DNA of 17,568 bases from Acidimicrobiia bacterium. Lineage in GTDB: Bacteria > Actinomycetota > Acidimicrobiia > Spongiisociales > Spongiisociaceae. Shown one piece after another: positions 13,543 through 17,568 of this stretch; the stretch's first letter is position 1; each line of letters starts with the position of its first letter. The stretch is taken from positions 1 to 17,568 of the forward strand of contig JBFGLM010000076.1 of NCBI GenBank assembly GCA_041576165.1. Reading direction: 5' to 3'. The notes below the pieces were generated by a model. The model saw nothing but the letters and a program-made list of their open reading frames with translations. It did not search any database and was not told where the DNA came from. The position numbers were made by a program, and so were the translations under genes.

Positions 13543-14713
13543 ACGGCGGCTGCGCATCGGCCTGATCGGCTTCGGCTGGATGGGACAGGCCCACTCCCGC
13601 TCGTACCGCAGCATCCCGGTCTACTTTCCCGAGTCGGGGATCAGACCGGCGCTCCAGGTCGTGGCGGACACCATGCCGGACCGACTGGAAGTGGCGACGT
13701 CCAACTTCGGGTACGAGCACGGTACGGCCGAGTGGCGGGAGGTGGTCGAGCGCAACGACGTCGACGTGGTCGACATCTGTGCTCCCAATGGGCTCCATCA
13801 AGAGATCGCCGAAGCGGCCGCGGCGGCCGGCAAGCACATCTTTTGCGAGAAGCCGGTAGGCCTCGAGCCGGCGGCGACTGCTGCGATCGAGGCTGCCGCC
13901 CGCCGTGCCGGTGTCATCACGGGGGTGGGCTACAACTATCGGTGGGCGCCGCTGGTCCAGTACACCAAACAGCTCATCGACGAGGGGCGACTCGGTCAGC
14001 TGACCCACTATCGCGGTCGGTTCTTCTCCATGTACGGGCGCGATCGGCTTGGACTGTTGTCCTGGCGCTTTCTGCAAGAGAAGGCCGGGTACGGGGCGCT
14101 CAGCGACATCATGTCGCATGCGATCGACATGGCGCAGCATCTGAGTGGGCCGATTCGCCGGCTCGTGTCGGTCCGCGAGATCTTCGTCAAGCAGCGGCCG
14201 CTCCCGCGGCCCGGGGCGGGAACTCATTACGAGCGGGGGACACCCGACGATCCGACCGGTACGGTGACCAACGAGGACTACGTGGGCGCACTCGTCGAGT
14301 TCGAGAACGGGGCTCGGGGAACTCTGGAGGCCGATCGATCCATCTTCGGCCCGCAGAGCTCCATGGCCTTCGAGCTGAACGGCTCGAAGGGAGCCGCGTC
14401 ATGGGACCACGAGAAACTGAACCAGTTGCAGCTCTACCTTCCCGAGGAACAGCACAACGACGGGTTCGTCGAGGTGTTGGCCGGCGACGCCTTCCCTCAT
14501 CAGGGACACATCGTGCCCGGCGGGGGCAACTCCCTCGGATACGAGGACTTGAAGATCATCGAGGCGTACGAGTTCCTCGGCGCAGTGACCGCGCAGCGAC
14601 CCCACAGCCCCGGATTCGAGCAGGCGCTTGGCAACGCATCGGTTGCTGCCGCGATGATCAGGTCGTGGGAATCGGGAGCCTGGGAGCCCGTGACCAGCTT
14701 GCGGATCGACTGA
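13535..14713 (+). CDS. Gfo/Idh/MocA NAD(P)-dependent sugar/inositol dehydrogenase (levoglucosan-dehydrogenase-like subfamily)
   Basis: LRIGLIGFGWMGQAHS, FCEKPVG, GYNYR and LSWRF...AGYGALSDIMSHAIDMA. Start at ATG 13535 (or 13529), overlapping the end of iolE. Confidence 0.85.
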   Translation: MTERRLRIGLIGFGWMGQAHSRSYRSIPVYFPESGIRPALQVVADTMPDRLEVATSNFGYEHGTAEWREVVERNDVDVVDICAPNGLHQEIAEAAAAAGKHIFCEKPVGLEPAATAAIEAAARRAGVITGVGYNYRWAPLVQYTKQLIDEGRLGQLTHYRGRFFSMYGRDRLGLLSWRFLQEKAGYGALSDIMSHAIDMAQHLSGPIRRLVSVREIFVKQRPLPRPGAGTHYERGTPDDPTGTVTNEDYVGALVEFENGARGTLEADRSIFGPQSSMAFELNGSKGAASWDHEKLNQLQLYLPEEQHNDGFVEVLAGDAFPHQGHIVPGGGNSLGYEDLKIIEAYEFLGAVTAQRPHSPGFEQALGNASVAAAMIRSWESGAWEPVTSLRID

Positions 14714-14748
14714 ACCCGGGGCGAACGACTGAGAGTGAGGAGCCGACC

Positions 14749-16593
14749 ATGGAGACCATCCGCCTGACCACGGCGCAAGCCATCGTGAAGTGGCTGCTGA
14801 ACCAGTACACGGTCGTCGACGGTGAGGAGCTGCCGGTGTTCGCCGGCGCCTTTGGCATCTTCGGGCACGGCAATGTGACCTGCCTCGCCGAAGCGCTCCA
14901 ACCCGTGCAGCTGCAGCTGCCCACGTGGCGGGGCCACAACGAGCAATCGATGGCGCTGGCGGCGGTGGCCTACGCCAAGGCGATGCGCGGCCGCCGCATC
15001 ATGATTGCCACCTCGTCCATCGGCCCGGGATGCACCAACATGGTGACCGCGGCCGCAGTGGCGCATGCCAACCGGATACCGCTGCTCCTCTTTGCCGGGG
15101 ACACTTTCCAACACCGTATCGTCGACCCGGTGCTACAGCAGGTGGAGGTATTCGATGATCCGACCGTCACCGTCACCGATACGTTCAAGCCGGTGACCCG
15201 TTATTGGGATCGGATCACGCGCCCGGAGCAGGTCCTGCAATCCCTGCCGCAAGCTTTGGCCGTGATGCTGGATCCCGCCACCCGCGGCCCGGCGTTCTTG
15301 GCTCTTCCCCAGGACATCCAGGCCGAGGCGTACGACTATCCGGCGCGGTTCTTCGAGCCGAGAACCCACTACATCCGGCGCCCCGGCCCCGATCCGCGCG
15401 ATATCGCGGCCGCGGTGGCGGCGATTTCCTCTGCCCGAAAACCGCTCATCATCGCCGGCGGCGGCGTCCACTATTCACAAGCGGTGGAGACGGTGACCGA
15501 ATTTGCGGTCGGCCGCGCCATCCCGGTGGTCGAGACGGTGGCGGGCAAGTCGACGTTGCTCTCCGACCACCCCAACTACGCCGGTCCGATCGGAGTGACC
15601 GGCTCGACGGCGGCCAACGCAGTGGCGGAGGACGCCGACGTCGTCATCGCGGTGGGCACTCGACTCCAGGACTTCACGACCGGGTCGTGGGCGGTGTTCA
15701 AGAACCCGGCGGTGCGCTTCATCGCGGTCAACACGGCCCGGTGGGACGCCCACAAGCAGATGGCGCAGCCGGTCGTTGCCGACGCCAAGGTCGCCATCGA
15801 GGCGATCGACGCGGAGCTGGGCGACTACCGGGCTCCGACGGAGTGGCTTCAATCCGCGCAGCGGCACATCGCTGCGTGGCACGAGTATCTCGACTCGTGG
15901 AAGCAGCGCGACCCCACCGCCTCCCCGGCCTATGCGCAAGTCATCCAGGTCATCAACGAGCTGTGCGACGACGGCGACTATTGCCTATCCGCCGCGGGGG
16001 GGTTGCCCGGCGAGCTGACGATGGGATGGCGCAGCAAGTCCGTCGGCTCGTTCGATTCCGAGTACGGCTACTCGACCATGGGTTACGAGATCGCCGGGGC
16101 CTGGGGCGCCAAGATGGCGCGCGGCGAGGGTGACGTCATCGCCTGGGTCGGGGACGGCTCCTACCTGATGATGAACTCGGACGTCTATTCCACGGTGATG
16201 ACGGGGCACAAGGTCATCTTCATGGTGCTGGACAACGGGGGCTTCGCGGTGATCAACCGGCTGCAGGTGAACACAGGCGGGGAGGAATTCAACAACCTGC
16301 TGCGGACCGCACGTCACACCGAATACTTCCATGTGGACTTCGTCGCCCACCTCCAGGCGATGGGCGCAACCGCGGAGAAGGTGGAGCGCCTCGACGACCT
16401 GCCGGCCGCCTGGGCCCGCGCCAAGGCTTCGGATCGCAGCTACGGCATCGTCATGGACATCGACGAGTACACCTGGACCGAAGGGGGCACCTGGTGGGAA
16501 GTTGGCGTGCCGGAAGTCAGCGATCGTGAACAGGTGCGCCTCGCCCGCGCCGAGTGGGAAGCGGAGAAGAAGCACCAACGGGCAGGGGTCTGA
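14749..16593 (+). CDS. iolD: 3D-(3,5/4)-trihydroxycyclohexane-1,2-dione acylhydrolase (ThDP-dependent)
   Basis: METIRLTTAQA, IFGHGNV, HNEQSMA, SSIGPG, EYGYSTMGYEIAG and the ThDP motif GDGSYLMMN...DNGG. RBS GAGGAG precedes ATG 14749. The listed 953-aa ORF carries a spurious N-terminal extension. Confidence 0.95.
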   Translation: METIRLTTAQAIVKWLLNQYTVVDGEELPVFAGAFGIFGHGNVTCLAEALQPVQLQLPTWRGHNEQSMALAAVAYAKAMRGRRIMIATSSIGPGCTNMVTAAAVAHANRIPLLLFAGDTFQHRIVDPVLQQVEVFDDPTVTVTDTFKPVTRYWDRITRPEQVLQSLPQALAVMLDPATRGPAFLALPQDIQAEAYDYPARFFEPRTHYIRRPGPDPRDIAAAVAAISSARKPLIIAGGGVHYSQAVETVTEFAVGRAIPVVETVAGKSTLLSDHPNYAGPIGVTGSTAANAVAEDADVVIAVGTRLQDFTTGSWAVFKNPAVRFIAVNTARWDAHKQMAQPVVADAKVAIEAIDAELGDYRAPTEWLQSAQRHIAAWHEYLDSWKQRDPTASPAYAQVIQVINELCDDGDYCLSAAGGLPGELTMGWRSKSVGSFDSEYGYSTMGYEIAGAWGAKMARGEGDVIAWVGDGSYLMMNSDVYSTVMTGHKVIFMVLDNGGFAVINRLQVNTGGEEFNNLLRTARHTEYFHVDFVAHLQAMGATAEKVERLDDLPAAWARAKASDRSYGIVMDIDEYTWTEGGTWWEVGVPEVSDREQVRLARAEWEAEKKHQRAGV

Positions 16594-16657
16594 TGGCGGT
16601 CGCTGCAATCCAGTCGCACTTGTGGCGCGGCCGTCGACTGCTTCAGGAGTCCGCCCG

Positions 16658-17568
16658 ATGACATTCCGCTACGACCTGGTCACCCTGGGGCGGGCCAACA
16701 TGGACCTCTACAGCCAGGACATCGGAGCCGAATTCGAGGACATCACCGGGTTCGATGCGATGGTGGGCGGCAGCCCCACCAACATCGCCATCGGTACCGC
16801 CCGCCTCGGACTACGCGCCTTGGCGTTGACGGCGGTCGGGGATGACCGAGTCGGCGATTTCGTTCTGCGATACCTGCGGTCGGAGGGAGTCGAAACCGCC
16901 TACATCCCGCGCAAGCAGGGCAAGCTGACGTCGCTCGCGTTGCTCGGCGTTCAGCCGCCGTCGCACTTCCCTCTGTCCTTCTACCGGGAGGATCCCGCCG
17001 ACATCTACCTGACTGTCGACGAATTCGAGGCGCTGCCGCTGAACGAGGTGGGAGCAATCGAGCTGTCCGGCAACGCCTTCAGCCGCGGCACGTGTGCGGC
17101 CACGGCGGTCCACGCCGCCCGGCGGGGCCGCGACCTCGGCCTGACGATGTTCATGGATCTCGACTTCCGAGACACCGAATGGCCGACTCCGCGAGCCTTC
17201 GGGGAAGCCCTGCGGCCGGTCTTCCCACTGCTCGACGTGCTCATCGGAACCGAAGAGGAGTTCTACGTCGCCCTGATGCCGAACCCGGAGACGGTGATCT
17301 CGAGCGGTGAGGTACCCGATGATGAGCACGGTCGCCTGGACGAAGAGGTGGCCCGGCTCATCGAGGGCGGCACGGGAGCGGTCGCGCTCAAGCGGGGGCC
17401 TCGCGGGGTGACCATCCTCACCGCAGCCGACCGCGTGGATGTGCCCGGATTCGCGGTCGAGGTCGTCAACACAGTCGGTGCCGGCGACGCATTCGCCGCT
17501 GGGCTCATCCGCAGCCGACTCAACGGCCTCGACTGGTGGGACGCCGCCCGGTTCGCCAACGCCTGCGG
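16658..17568 (+). CDS. iolC: 5-dehydro-2-deoxygluconokinase (PfkB family), 3'-truncated by the window edge
   Basis: Absent from the ORF track because it runs off the window. Translated by hand from ATG 16658 (RBS AGGAG): MTFRYDLVTLGRANMDLY...VGGSPTNIAIGTARLG...QPPSHFPLSFYR...DLDFR...KRGPRG...NTVGAGDAF. Confidence 0.92.
   Translation, partial: MTFRYDLVTLGRANMDLYSQDIGAEFEDITGFDAMVGGSPTNIAIGTARLGLRALALTAVGDDRVGDFVLRYLRSEGVETAYIPRKQGKLTSLALLGVQPPSHFPLSFYREDPADIYLTVDEFEALPLNEVGAIELSGNAFSRGTCAATAVHAARRGRDLGLTMFMDLDFRDTEWPTPRAFGEALRPVFPLLDVLIGTEEEFYVALMPNPETVISSGEVPDDEHGRLDEEVARLIEGGTGAVALKRGPRGVTILTAADRVDVPGFAVEVVNTVGAGDAFAAGLIRSRLNGLDWWDAARFANAC

Noticed and set aside
13732-14748. 953-aa ORF suggesting a large N-terminal fusion to IolD
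   Set aside because: The extension is an Arg/Gly-rich alternative frame of the upstream dehydrogenase. IolD has its own RBS and canonical N-terminus at 14749.

Overview
GC-rich bacterial chromosomal window, most likely from an actinobacterium (Acidimicrobiia-like by inference from a leaderless promoter and a Thr-rich 'AAAC' lipoprotein). The left half holds a 5'-truncated CysQ/inositol-monophosphatase-family gene and a PadR regulator divergent from a berberine-bridge-like FAD oxidoreductase, with two clear palindromic operators between them. It continues with an SRPBCC gene, a co-oriented run of orphan ABC-type ATPase > terC > universal stress protein, a solitary glgX and three small uncharacterised genes. 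The right half is a myo-inositol catabolic cluster: iolB divergent from iolG-iolE-(second Gfo/Idh/MocA dehydrogenase)-iolD-iolC (3'-truncated), with mirror-image sigma-70 promoters that each carry an identical TGGAACGTTCCA palindrome. I see no mobile element, CRISPR array, tRNA or rRNA. I cannot demonstrate a new biological system. The best leads are the readable regulatory architecture, a tandem repeat of a gene's last codons and stop, the ATPase-TerC-USP module and a levoglucosan-dehydrogenase-like gene inside the iol operon.
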